Positions 63,464-64,000 of a stretch of 64,000 nt of DNA are shown here, piece after piece. The notes beneath the pieces were generated by a model, which was not told the DNA's origin, did not search any database, and worked only from the letters and a program-made list of their open reading frames with translations. The DNA is from Okamejei kenojei. Lineage: Eukaryota. The translations under genes were made by a program, and so were the position numbers. How positions within the stretch are numbered: the first letter of the stretch is position 1; the number at the start of each line of letters is the position of its first letter. Where the stretch lies: contig CM069138.1 of the NCBI GenBank assembly GCA_035221665.1, forward strand, positions 77,934,001 to 77,998,000. Direction: 5' to 3'.

Positions 63464-64000
63464 AAGACTTAGTTGAACATCAGTCCAGGGTGTGAAAATT
63501 GTTGGCGGTTTGGTAATGATACCCACAAAATGGGAGAGGGGGCAGGGGGTTTGAGAGGAGGGGGAAGTGACTGATACACAGAAGGAAAGTGTCTTTTTAG
63601 ATATAATTTTCCCTGGTGATAATGAAAAATTGTCTTAGTTATCTGTAAGGCAAATATAAAAGTCAAAGTGAAGAGCAGCAATTTGGTTTGGTTTTGAATG
63701 CTCATGGATCACAGAAGTCTTAATTAAAGCAGAGAAAAAGTAGGGGATAAGAACGTATAGATTAGGAGGAGGGGGGCGTTTAGCTCCTTGGATTTGATCA
63801 GCCATTTGGTTAAATTATAGCTAATTCGATGACAACCTCAACTCTGCATTCCTGTCTATTGACCTTGCATTGAGTTAATTAATTTTACTACAGTGGATTT
63901 AGAGGAAGGAGAATCAATGTGTTGAATGACACATTAGAAGGAGCAAAGCAATCATAATATTGAGGAGAAATAATCAAAAGAATATAGGCAAAGGAGAATC

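Overview
This is eukaryotic genomic DNA, not prokaryotic. The repeat content (HE1-type tRNA SINEs sharing a 3' tail with CR1/HER1 LINEs, Deu-domain SINE relics, Penelope-like elements) points to a cartilaginous fish, probably a skate or ray; this is an inference. I recognise no host protein-coding exon, so the window reads as intergenic or deep intronic. Every recognisable ORF comes from a transposon: CR1 RT, Penelope RT/GIY-YIG, or Rex1/Babar RT. Most notable observations: (1) a minimal hammerhead-ribozyme motif (CTGAAGA-A-GGGTCTCGACCC-GAAAC-GTC) in the Penelope terminal repeat, spread through the window by many short non-coding copies, several inserted as inverted dimers flanked by 7-12 bp target duplications; (2) five PIF/Harbinger-type MITEs, three of which share an internal palindrome; (3) a 38-bp palindromic mini-element with an 8-bp TSD; (4) a Helitron-like element with two tandem 5' ends separated by a 31-bp minisatellite; (5) composite and orphan insertions; (6) TE-poor, homeobox-motif-rich blocks and a CTCF-like site that may be conserved regulatory elements. 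Family assignments are by eye from recalled consensus motifs, and the boundaries of old elements are approximate.
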